Shown in pieces: positions 27,809 to 36,307 of a DNA stretch of 64,000 bases. Source of the DNA: an uncultured Gammaproteobacteria bacterium. Its GTDB lineage: Bacteria > Patescibacteriota > Patescibacteriia > JAHIZJ01. Location: NCBI GenBank assembly GCA_964594455.1, contig CAZQLY010000001.1, positions 97 to 64,096 on the forward strand, given 5' to 3'. The notes beneath the pieces are model-generated. The model ran no database searches and was not told the origin of the DNA. It saw only the letters and a program-made list of their open reading frames with translations. A program made the translations under genes and the position numbers. Numbering within the stretch: position 1 is the first letter of the stretch; each line of letters opens with the position of its first letter.

Positions 27809-28585
27809 TTATTCCGGTTCGCGATAGCCTTTGCGTGAGATTTGATATATGAATATAATTGCCAGGATAGCAAATAAGCCAATCTCGGCATAAATGGAAA
27901 TTCCATGTAGGCGCGGAATAAATTCCGGATTCTTTTTTACTATTTCAAAATCGGTCACGTAGATAACTTCGCAAGCACCATCGCTAGTATCGTCACGGGT
28001 CGTACTAGTACCGCGCAGGCCGATAATCTGGCCGGTTTCATCGTCAGTGACTTGGTAAGTTACCAAATAGCCAGAAAAAGAAATTTGATCCCCAATCCGT
28101 ACCTGTTCTATGCTTTTGGCTATTTCGTCGTTGGCTGGAATCAAATGGTTATTGGAAATCGCTCGGTGTGAAAATTCAGAAAAGAGTTCCTGGCTATCAA
28201 AATACCAATAGCAAGTAAATTCACCGCTGCTAAAATCTCCCTTTTTATAAATATCTGTTTCAATATTTTCTCCCCAGACTACACAGACATCCTTGGTATT
28301 GAAAGGGTCGTTTTTGTGAATGTAATCATACCAAGTATCTGATTCGTATTGGGTGACCACTAGTCCAGAAATCTCGTAGACAAATTGGGGAGACAATAAA
28401 GCGGTATAGCCATCTTGGCTAATAGTGATATCGCTGGCGCTAGTCGTGTACTGGCTTGGTTCTTGAATAAGATTGGTTAGTAATTCATCCGGGTTTGGCA
28501 AGGTGTAGCGAAAAAAGTAAGTCCCAACAAAAACCAGCACACAAACGTAAAAAGCGTTCTTCAGTATTATATGCAAAATTCTCAT
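27809..28585 (-). CDS. hypothetical protein with N- and C-terminal TM helices
   Basis: 258-aa ORF. No recognised motif. Confidence 0.45.
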   Translation of the reverse strand: MRILHIILKNAFYVCVLVFVGTYFFRYTLPNPDELLTNLIQEPSQYTTSASDITISQDGYTALLSPQFVYEISGLVVTQYESDTWYDYIHKNDPFNTKDVCVVWGENIETDIYKKGDFSSGEFTCYWYFDSQELFSEFSHRAISNNHLIPANDEIAKSIEQVRIGDQISFSGYLVTYQVTDDETGQIIGLRGTSTTRDDTSDGACEVIYVTDFEIVKKNPEFIPRLHGISIYAEIGLFAILAIIFIYQISRKGYREPE

Positions 28586-28633
28586 AATATTAATAATACA
28601 GGTATTAGAAATAAATTACGAGCCAGGGGGATC

Positions 28634-28661
28634 TTGACATAATAAATGGTTGTGGTAATAT
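28634..28661 (+). promoter_or_regulatory. sigma70-like promoter TTGACA-16-TAATAT driving an untranslated about 195-nt transcript
   Basis: Consensus hexamers. No ORF follows. Confidence 0.4.
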
Positions 28662-28667
28662 CGCTTT

Positions 28668-28867
28668 CGATAGTACCTTGACCTATAATGTGGCGGTACA
28701 CCACTGCTCTTGTCGTGCTGGATGTACTGGGACGTTTTGAGTCCTGACAGGCTCGGAATCAGACTGGTGCATACGCGTTAGCGCGGTATAGAATAAGACA
28801 TCATTGCTTTCCGCCACAGTTTTCATGAGCGCCGATTCCCTGATGGGAAGAGGTGCTCTTTTTTATT
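28668..28867 (+). ncRNA. candidate structured small RNA (identity unknown; 6S-like size and closed 5'/3' helix)
   Basis: Own promoter. Closing helix gtggcgg (28690-96) / ccgccac (28811-17). Internal hairpins (cgcg-ttag-cgcg). Weak terminator aagag-gtg-ctctt+T6 at 28848-28867. Next promoter follows immediately. Confidence 0.35.
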
Positions 28868-28894
28868 GACTGGAGTTTTATTTAACGGTAAAAT
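28866..28894 (+). promoter_or_regulatory. promoter TTGACT-17-TAAAAT for flavodoxin gene
   Basis: Hexamers read directly. Confidence 0.4.
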
Positions 28895-28915
28895 CTTAAA
28901 AGAAAGGAGATTATC

Positions 28916-29365
28916 ATGAAGACCTTAGTCATTTACGATTCAAATTTTGGCAACACAGAAAAAGTTTCCCAGAAAGTTGCCGAGGGAGTCAGCGCGGAGG
29001 CAAAAAAAATAACCGACGTCAATCCAGAGCGATTGGAGGATTTTGAGATGGTAATTGTTGGTTCACCTACTCACGGTGGTCGTCCATCTCAACAAATGAA
29101 ATCGTTTTTGGACAAAATACCGAGTAATTCTTTGAAAGGTAAAAAAAGCGCTTGTTTTGATACCAGCATACCAGTAGAGGGCCAATCCCTTTTTCTGAAA
29201 ATGATCATAAAAATATTCGGTTACGCCGCCAAACGTACCGCTGCGATAATGGTTAAAAAAGGCACCCAAAACATTGCCAGTGAATCTTTCTTTGTTTTGG
29301 GAAAAGAAGGCCCGCTAAAAGAAGGGGAGCTGGAAAGAGCTAAGGATTGGGCCGAGCGACTCTAA
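28916..29365 (+). CDS. flavodoxin (short-chain)
   Basis: MKTLVIYDSNFGNTEKV... FMN-binding T/S-x-T-G-x-T loop variant. 149 aa. Confidence 0.75.
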   Translation: MKTLVIYDSNFGNTEKVSQKVAEGVSAEAKKITDVNPERLEDFEMVIVGSPTHGGRPSQQMKSFLDKIPSNSLKGKKSACFDTSIPVEGQSLFLKMIIKIFGYAAKRTAAIMVKKGTQNIASESFFVLGKEGPLKEGELERAKDWAERL

Positions 29366-29390
29366 TAATTTAGAGATTTACCCTTGACAG

Positions 29391-29433
29391 GAACCACGCA
29401 TTGTGATTAGCTTGGGTGGTTCTTTTTGTTTTT
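29391..29433 (+). terminator. intrinsic terminator (gaaccac...gtggttc + T5)
   Basis: 7-bp stem then T-run after flavodoxin. Confidence 0.5.
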
Positions 29434-29461
29434 GAGTGGCGCGCAAAAAAAGGAGGGTCGC

Positions 29462-29905
29462 GTGAAACGTAACGTTTCCCGATGCGTTTGCGGTCTAATG
29501 TTCTTGTTGGTCATCTTTGGAGCCGTTTCCTGTGGAGGCTACAGCGAGCAGGACGAGCAGGCGATCGCCCAAGGCCGAGCCATCGCCCAGCGTTTCCGTA
29601 CCTGGATCGACCAGAATGGGGAATACCCTGAAAGTGACAGTATGTATGTCGAGATCGGTTTGCGCGGTGGAGAAGCCGCCAATGTCTATACCAGCCTACC
29701 GGTCGTGATCACGTCCTGGAGTAACGTCCCCTGCGGGACGGGAGACTATTTCATCTCTCAGATGATGTCATCCGGGGATGGAGACTTTGTTTTCCAGATT
29801 GATCTGAAGGGGCCGACCGATGACGATGGTTACTCCAAGTGGACTTATCGTTTCCGGCTGGATCGTACCATGTCGGGCGTCATCCAAGAGGAAAAAATGG
29901 ATTAA
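29462..29905 (+). CDS. high-GC hypothetical lipoprotein
   Basis: GTG start with AAGGAGGG RBS. Lipobox AVSCG. About 55% G+C. Confidence 0.5.
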   Translation: MKRNVSRCVCGLMFLLVIFGAVSCGGYSEQDEQAIAQGRAIAQRFRTWIDQNGEYPESDSMYVEIGLRGGEAANVYTSLPVVITSWSNVPCGTGDYFISQMMSSGDGDFVFQIDLKGPTDDDGYSKWTYRFRLDRTMSGVIQEEKMD

Positions 29906-29912
29906 CACCTCT

Positions 29913-29943
29913 GTCTCGTAATTTGCTGGCGAGACTTTTTTTT
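29913..29943 (+). terminator. intrinsic terminator (gtctcg...cgagac + T8)
   Basis: Read directly. Confidence 0.55.
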
Positions 29944-30021
29944 ATTGACAAAGAAGATTGATTGAGATAAGCTGGCAGAGTTTATTTCAGGCTATGTTTA
30001 TCGCACAAAGGAGGGGCAAGC

Positions 30022-30267
30022 ATGAGAGCCATTGTTGATGTAGTCAGAATCGAGAGACGTATCGTGGTTAAAGTAGAGGGCGGTAGTGACACATCAACCG
30101 TCGAGGAAGTACTTCGTCAGACTGGCCTAGAATTCAATCCCGACACGCATCAGATCGTCAATCCGGATGAAGGCCAGTTCGAACTGGACGGGTTGGTCAT
30201 GATGGATGAACGTATCTTGGTCATACCCAAGGAGCCGGATCAGGACGAAGGTGATGGCGCAGTCTAA
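30022..30267 (+). CDS. high-GC small acidic hypothetical protein
   Basis: RBS AAGGAGGGG. 81 aa. Followed by terminator gaggtgaa...ttcacctc+T5 (30282-30309). Confidence 0.4.
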   Translation: MRAIVDVVRIERRIVVKVEGGSDTSTVEEVLRQTGLEFNPDTHQIVNPDEGQFELDGLVMMDERILVIPKEPDQDEGDGAV

Positions 30268-30311
30268 GAATTCCAGATTGCGAGGTGAATTTGTTTCACC
30301 TCTTTTTATTA

Positions 30312-30340
30312 TTGACAAAATAAAGCATTTACGGTATGGT
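30312..30340 (+). promoter_or_regulatory. rnpB promoter TTGACA-17-TATGGT
   Basis: Hexamers 30312-17 and 30335-40. Confidence 0.45.
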
Positions 30341-30344
30341 ATGA

Positions 30345-30897
30345 AGGCCTTAAGAAGACCGGATGGTTGCTCCATTGTGTGTAATAAGCGATGGGGAGGA
30401 AAGTCCGAACACCCCTGCGTTTTTCAAGGCGTAGGAGCATGGCACCTTCGAAAAGAAGGCGGAAATAAGCAAAGGATACAAAAAGTTCTATAGACTTTTT
30501 GGATTCTAACCAAGCCCAGGGAAAGTGTCACAGAGACTATACCGCTCTCCTTTCCGTTAATGACTTGGCGGATTGGACAGTAAGGGTGAAAAGAGTGGGC
30601 CCACCTAAGCGTGGGATAGCTCGCTTCGGCGGGTAAAGTAAGAGCCCACAGGTTCGGTTAGTAATAACCGAATGTGACAAACCCTGCCTGGTGCAAGACC
30701 GAGTAGGCCCCGACCGTTAAGGCCAGGGGCGGGTAGGTTGCTAGAGCCCCGCAGCAATGTTGGGCCCAGATAGATGACCATCCACCTACGCCCTTCGGGT
30801 TTCGGCGGACGCAGTCCAATAATTTAAGGACAGCGTCACTCGAAGCTCGGAGAGCGTAGAGTGACAGAATTCGGCTTATAGGTCTTCTTAAGGCATT
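30345..30897 (+). ncRNA. rnpB: RNase P RNA (bacterial type), unusually long (about 550 nt)
   Basis: P4/CR-I GGAGGAAAGUCCGAACAC. AGGGUGAAA.G...GGGCCCACC. CAGAUAGAUGACCAUCCAC. ACAGAAUUCGGCUUAUAGGUC. P1 pairing 30347-60 with 30881-94. Confidence 0.8.
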
Positions 30898-30909
30898 TGA
30901 AAGAAGAAT

Positions 30910-32298
30910 ATGAAGCGGGCTGAATTACTTTTCAGTGCTATTTTAGTACCCGTCGATTATCTGATGATAATTTTAGCGGGGCTGGCCGCATACCGATTGC
31001 GTTTCTGGGAGATAGCGAGTCTCCGGCCAGTTGTTTATGAACTTCCATTTCGGGAGTATTTTTCGATTGTTGTAGGTGTAGGCATCGTCTGGTTAGCGGT
31101 TTTTGCGTTTAGTGGCCTGTACGCTATCCGAAGTACCAAACGTTTTCTAGATGAGCTGGTCAAAATATTTTTGGCCTGTTCTACCGGAATTCTTTTAATT
31201 ATTGTTTTGATCTTTTTTCAACGTGAACTATTTTCTTCCCGATTTATCATCTTAGCCGGATGGCTTCTGGCGGTGGTTTTTGTGAGCATCGGTCGGTTGA
31301 TTGTCAGAAATATTCAACATTCGGCGTTTCGTAAGGGTTATGGAGTTAGAAATATTATTGTAGTCGGGTCGGGAGATACTGGAAGTTTTTTAATGGAGCA
31401 TTTCAAAGCTGACCCTAAGGCCGGATATAGGATCATTGATTCCGTAGAAACAATAAATGATGAATCTCTGCAAAAAATAGATTCTGAAATTGCCCAGAGC
31501 AAAATTGATGAGATTGTTTTATCTGATCCTAGCGTGGATCGAACCGATCGACTGAGGCTTTTAGACCTATGCATCAAACATAATACGGCTTTTAAATACG
31601 CTGCTGATATGCTGGATGCCAAGATATCAAACGTTCGTTATGAAACCATAGCCGGTCAGCCAATAATCGAGATAAAAAGAACTCCTCTGGATGGTTGGGG
31701 CAGGATCTTAAAAAGGATTGGAGATACAGTTCTAGCAGCTTTATTCTTAGTAGTTTTTAGCCCACTGTTTTTAATCGTAGCGATAATAATAAAAATTGAT
31801 TCACCCGGCTCAGTATTTGTCAGATTGGAAAGAGTAGGAGAGAGTAATAAGCATTTTTCTTTGTATAAGTTTCGTTCTATGGTGCAGAACGCCCAGGCCA
31901 TGAAAAAAGACTTGATGAAATATAACGAACGTCAGGATGGCCCGTTGTTTAAGATAAAAGATGATCCCAGAGTGACTAAGTTTGGGAAATTCATCCGTCG
32001 AACCAGTATTGACGAATTACCTCAATTTATTAATGTAATAAGAGGAGAAATGAGCATTGTCGGACCCCGCCCACATGAGCCTGAAGAGGTAAGCAGATAT
32101 CAGAAAGAACACCATAAACTTTTAGCAATTAAGCCTGGAATTACCGGAATGGCCCAGATATCTGGTCGGTCGGATCTCAGTTTTGAAGAGGAGGCGCGAT
32201 TGGACATTTACTATGTTGAAAATTGGTCACCATTGCTGGATTTAAAAATAATGTTACGAACTCCGTTAGTAGTCTTAAGCACAAAATCAGCCAGTTAA
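30910..32298 (+). CDS. polyprenyl-phosphate sugar phosphotransferase (bacterial sugar transferase, WbaP/EpsL-like)
   Basis: N-terminal TMs. C-terminal motifs LYKFRSM and DELPQFINVIRGEMSIVGPRP. Confidence 0.85.
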   Translation: MKRAELLFSAILVPVDYLMIILAGLAAYRLRFWEIASLRPVVYELPFREYFSIVVGVGIVWLAVFAFSGLYAIRSTKRFLDELVKIFLACSTGILLIIVLIFFQRELFSSRFIILAGWLLAVVFVSIGRLIVRNIQHSAFRKGYGVRNIIVVGSGDTGSFLMEHFKADPKAGYRIIDSVETINDESLQKIDSEIAQSKIDEIVLSDPSVDRTDRLRLLDLCIKHNTAFKYAADMLDAKISNVRYETIAGQPIIEIKRTPLDGWGRILKRIGDTVLAALFLVVFSPLFLIVAIIIKIDSPGSVFVRLERVGESNKHFSLYKFRSMVQNAQAMKKDLMKYNERQDGPLFKIKDDPRVTKFGKFIRRTSIDELPQFINVIRGEMSIVGPRPHEPEEVSRYQKEHHKLLAIKPGITGMAQISGRSDLSFEEEARLDIYYVENWSPLLDLKIMLRTPLVVLSTKSAS

Positions 32299-32301
32299 AT
32301 T

Positions 32302-33408
32302 ATGAAAATAGCTTTAATTCATGAGCATTTAGCGCAGGACGGAGGAGCCGAACGGGTACTCCAGGCTTTCCAAGAGATTTATCCGGATGCGCCGACCTAC
32401 ACTCTAGTTTATGACAAGAAGAACGCCAGCCCGGTTTTTCATGATAAAAAAATTCATACTTCTTTTATTCAAAAGATGCCATTGGGAGTAAAACGTTATC
32501 AGTGGTGGCTGCCTTTTATGCCAACTGCGGTTGAGAAATATAACCTGACTGATTATGATGTGATCCTGTCTTCTTGCTCGGCTTTTGCCAAAGGAGTAAT
32601 TACGCGCCAAGATAGCATCCATATCTGCTACTGCCATTCACCTACCCGCTATCTTTGGAGCGATACTTTTAGCTATATTGATGAACTGCATTATCCAAAA
32701 ATAGTCAAAAAAATGATCCCGTTTTTCTTGCCCCGAATCAGACTTTGGGATCAGATGGCCGCCCAACGAGTTGATAATTTTATTGCTAACTCTGAAGCAG
32801 TACGACATCGCATTGAAAAATATTATCGTCGACCGAGCACGGTTATCCATCCGCCGGTTGATACGGAAAAGTTTACGGTCAGTGACAGTTTCGGTGATTA
32901 CTTTCTTATGGGTGGTCGGATGGTTCCGTATAAGCGGTTTGATTTGGCTATTCGAGCATTTAATAAGCTTAATTTTCCTCTTAAGATATTTGGCAGTGGG
33001 CAGGAAGAAAAATATTTGAAGAAGATAGCCAAGCCTAATATAGAATTTCTAGGTCAGGTTTCCGAAGAGGAAAAAGCAGAATTACTCCGCCGAGCCAAAG
33101 CCTTCCTTTATCCTCAAGAAGAAGATTTTGGCATTACTGCTTTGGAAGCAATGGCGGCTGGTCGTCCAGTGATTGCTTATGCCAAAGGTGGGGCCTTGGA
33201 AACAGTTGTTGAAGGTGAAACTGGTGCTTTGTTCCCCGATCAAAATTGGGCTGCTTTGGCCGATACTGTTTTACGCTTCAAACCAGAACAATATAACCCT
33301 AGAGCTATCCGATACCATGCAGAGAAATTTAACATTGACCAATTCAAAGAAAAAATCCGTAACTATGTGGAAGAACAGGTTAAGCAATCAAAATTAAGTA
33401 ATAATTAA
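32302..33408 (+). CDS. glycosyltransferase family 4
   Basis: E..G.T.LEAMAAGRPVIA motif. Confidence 0.8.
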   Translation: MKIALIHEHLAQDGGAERVLQAFQEIYPDAPTYTLVYDKKNASPVFHDKKIHTSFIQKMPLGVKRYQWWLPFMPTAVEKYNLTDYDVILSSCSAFAKGVITRQDSIHICYCHSPTRYLWSDTFSYIDELHYPKIVKKMIPFFLPRIRLWDQMAAQRVDNFIANSEAVRHRIEKYYRRPSTVIHPPVDTEKFTVSDSFGDYFLMGGRMVPYKRFDLAIRAFNKLNFPLKIFGSGQEEKYLKKIAKPNIEFLGQVSEEEKAELLRRAKAFLYPQEEDFGITALEAMAAGRPVIAYAKGGALETVVEGETGALFPDQNWAALADTVLRFKPEQYNPRAIRYHAEKFNIDQFKEKIRNYVEEQVKQSKLSNN

Positions 33409-33418
33409 ATATAGTAAT

Positions 33419-34030
33419 ATGGAATTTATTGAGCACAAACAACTTTGGAAAAGAAACATTGTTTTGATAATAATTCTAACGTTGTTGTTGGGAGCGGCCA
33501 GTTTTATCTTTTCGTATTATTCGCCAACCGAGTATAAGTCATCAATCTCGTTTGCGGTCAATAGGATTAACAAGCAGGAAACCGTTGATTATCAATATGA
33601 CGGATATTACGCTATCCAGGCCAGCGATCTGTTTTCACAAACAGTTGTCAGCTGGTTCTTTACCCCTTCGGTACTGCTGGAGATTTACGAAAAAGCCAAG
33701 GTAGATCCGCATATCGACACTCTAGAGCGATTTGCTAATCGGTTTAAGACCAAGAAATACTCCTCTCAGAATATTGTTGTAACTTTCAAGGAACGTGATC
33801 AGAACACGGCGGAACAGATATCGGACTCAATAATTAAAACGGTCCAGGAAAGAGGAGCGGCTTTGAACCAGACAGCTGACCAGAAGGCCTTGTTTGAAAT
33901 AGTTGGATCATCGCCGGTAATCGTTGAGCAGAAACCAATGATTATTATCAATACAGCTGTTGGGTTGATAGTTGGATTTTTCTTGAGTATTGGCTTAGTT
34001 TATCTGATACGCTACTTTAAGACCCCGTAA
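33419..34030 (+). CDS. Wzz-like polysaccharide chain-length determinant protein (two TM)
   Basis: N- and C-terminal TM helices flanking a periplasmic domain. Sits within EPS cluster. Confidence 0.45.
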   Translation: MEFIEHKQLWKRNIVLIIILTLLLGAASFIFSYYSPTEYKSSISFAVNRINKQETVDYQYDGYYAIQASDLFSQTVVSWFFTPSVLLEIYEKAKVDPHIDTLERFANRFKTKKYSSQNIVVTFKERDQNTAEQISDSIIKTVQERGAALNQTADQKALFEIVGSSPVIVEQKPMIIINTAVGLIVGFFLSIGLVYLIRYFKTP

Positions 34031-34035
34031 GACTT

Positions 34036-35169
34036 ATGCGCATTGGGGTCGATATTCGATCACTGGCTGAAGCCCAGCCCGGAGGTGTTACTGGTTACAC
34101 TCGGGATATTTTGAGACATCTTTTGAAGATTGACCAAAAAAATGAGTATGTGCTGTTTTCCAATTCATGGGCTCGACCCAAGTTTAAGATCACAGGAGAA
34201 AACGTACAAACGGTAGTCGCGCGTTGGCCGAACAAACTCTTTAACTCATCCCTGGCACTTCTGAATCAACCCAAGCTAGACAAAATGGTCAAGCCAATTG
34301 ACCTTTTTTTTGTGCCCAATTTAAACTTCGTCAGTTTTTCTGAGAACTGTCCGGTAGTGATGACGTTTCATGACCTGTCTTTTGAACTTTATCCGGAATT
34401 CCTTTCGCGCAAACGTCGGCTCTGGCACAAGTGTGTCGCACCAAAGCGATTAGCTCGTCAGGCTCAGCGTATTGTCGCAGTATCAGAAAGCACCAAGAAC
34501 GATTTGATAGATTTATATGGTTTAAATTCAGACAAAATAGACGTAGTATATTCAGGAGTGTCTGATGAATGGGCTGATGCCATATCTGGTCAGGAAGTTG
34601 AGCAAGCCAAAGAATCATTAGAAATCAACCAGCCTTATATCTTGTCAGTTAGTTTCTTGGAACCACGAAAAAATATTGCTGCCTTGCTTAGAGCCTTTGA
34701 TCAATTGAAAAGTCGTTTTCATACCCCACACCAGCTGATTATTGTAGGCCATACATCTTGGGATCAAAAAAACCTGGAATCGATTCAGAAAGGTTTAGAT
34801 CACAAAGACTCAATTCGCTTTGTCGGATACCTAGACGTTAAACAAAAAAACGCTCTGCTTAAAGGCGCTGAAGTTTTTGTTTATCCTTCGGTCTATGAAG
34901 GATTTGGTTTCCCTCCTCTCGAAAGTATTCTGGCCGGCACTCCAGTAATTGCTTCCGCGGCTTCGTCCTTGCCCGAGGTCTTGGGTGAAAGTGCTATTTA
35001 TGTTCAGCCATACAACGTATCTGAATTGACGCAGGCCTTATCCAGCTTGATCAACGAACCAGAATTAAAAGCTAAGCTATTAAATAAACGCGACTTGCTT
35101 AAAAGCAAATATAGCTGGGAAAAAGCTGCCCGAGAAACCTTGAAAGTATTTGAAAAAGTAATATCTTAA
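34036..35169 (+). CDS. glycosyltransferase family 4
   Basis: [21 protein letters not shown]. Confidence 0.8.
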   Translation: MRIGVDIRSLAEAQPGGVTGYTRDILRHLLKIDQKNEYVLFSNSWARPKFKITGENVQTVVARWPNKLFNSSLALLNQPKLDKMVKPIDLFFVPNLNFVSFSENCPVVMTFHDLSFELYPEFLSRKRRLWHKCVAPKRLARQAQRIVAVSESTKNDLIDLYGLNSDKIDVVYSGVSDEWADAISGQEVEQAKESLEINQPYILSVSFLEPRKNIAALLRAFDQLKSRFHTPHQLIIVGHTSWDQKNLESIQKGLDHKDSIRFVGYLDVKQKNALLKGAEVFVYPSVYEGFGFPPLESILAGTPVIASAASSLPEVLGESAIYVQPYNVSELTQALSSLINEPELKAKLLNKRDLLKSKYSWEKAARETLKVFEKVIS

Positions 35170-35173
35170 ATAC

Positions 35174-36307
35174 ATGCGCATAGGCATTGATGCCAGATTC
35201 TACGGCTCGGTGGGAAAAGGTTTGGGCCGGTATACAGAGAAATTAGTTAATAATCTGGAAAAAGTAGATCGAGCCAACGACTATGTTGTTTTTTTGCGTG
35301 ATGAAAACTTTAACGATTACCAGCCCAGCTCACCTAACTTTCAAAGGAAGAAAGCTCCGTTTCGCTGGTATTCATTGGCTGAACAAATTTATTTTCCTAA
35401 ATTGCTAAATGAACATAATTTTGATCTGGTTCACTTCCCGCACTTCAATGTGCCTATGTTCTATCGCCAGCCATTTGTAGTAACTATTCATGATTTGATC
35501 ATCACCCATTTTCCAACTACTCGAGCCACTACATTGGGTCCGATTAAATACGCCCTGAAACGCTCAGGCTATAATTTGGTTATTTCTTCAGCAGTTAAGC
35601 GTTCCAAGAAAGTAATCACTGTCTCAGAATATACCAAGCAGGAATTGATCCGCCATTTTAATATTGCTGATCAGGATGTTGCTGTTACTTACGAAGCGGC
35701 CGACCCTTTTCCCGGATTTCATGACATTTCTTTAGACAGCGTGTTACATAAATACAATATTAAGCAGCCCTATCTTTTGTATGTTGGTAATGCTTACCCA
35801 CATAAAAATTTAGAGCTTTTGCTTGAAGTGTTTAAGGATCTATTAGAGGAATTTACAGAGCTGAGCCTAGTTTTAGTAGGCCGAGAAGATTATTTTTTTA
35901 AACGTTTAAAAACCCGGAGCCTAGAGCTTGGTTTAGAGAAAAAAGTAAAATTCCCCGGCTATGTTCCGGATGAGGATTTGCCACCGATATATCAAGGGGC
36001 CCGTTTGTACGTATTTCCATCACTGGCTGAGGGATTTGGTCTGCCGCCCCTGGAAGCTATGCAATACGGAGTGCCAGTAGCCAGCTCGTCAGTTTCCTGT
36101 ATGCCGGAAGTTTTGGGCCAAGCTGCAGCTTATTTTGATCCAAAAAACAAACATGCTATAGTAAAGGTGATTTCGGAGTTATTGCGCGATCCGCAAAAAA
36201 CTGATGTTTTAGCCCAACGAGGACTGGAACAGGTGAAAAAATATAGTTGGTCAAAAATGGCGGAAGAAACCCTCCAGATTTATCGACAAGTAAAAAATGG
36301 CAGCTAG
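35174..36307 (+). CDS. glycosyltransferase family 4
   Basis: AEGFGLPPLEAMQYGVPVASS. Confidence 0.8.
   Translation: MRIGIDARFYGSVGKGLGRYTEKLVNNLEKVDRANDYVVFLRDENFNDYQPSSPNFQRKKAPFRWYSLAEQIYFPKLLNEHNFDLVHFPHFNVPMFYRQPFVVTIHDLIITHFPTTRATTLGPIKYALKRSGYNLVISSAVKRSKKVITVSEYTKQELIRHFNIADQDVAVTYEAADPFPGFHDISLDSVLHKYNIKQPYLLYVGNAYPHKNLELLLEVFKDLLEEFTELSLVLVGREDYFFKRLKTRSLELGLEKKVKFPGYVPDEDLPPIYQGARLYVFPSLAEGFGLPPLEAMQYGVPVASSSVSCMPEVLGQAAAYFDPKNKHAIVKVISELLRDPQKTDVLAQRGLEQVKKYSWSKMAEETLQIYRQVKNGS

Noticed and set aside
30127-30493. ORFs 30127-30375 (-) and 30206-30493 (+) overlapping rnpB
   Set aside because: The region is clearly RNase P RNA (conserved P4 and other blocks). The ORFs are incidental.
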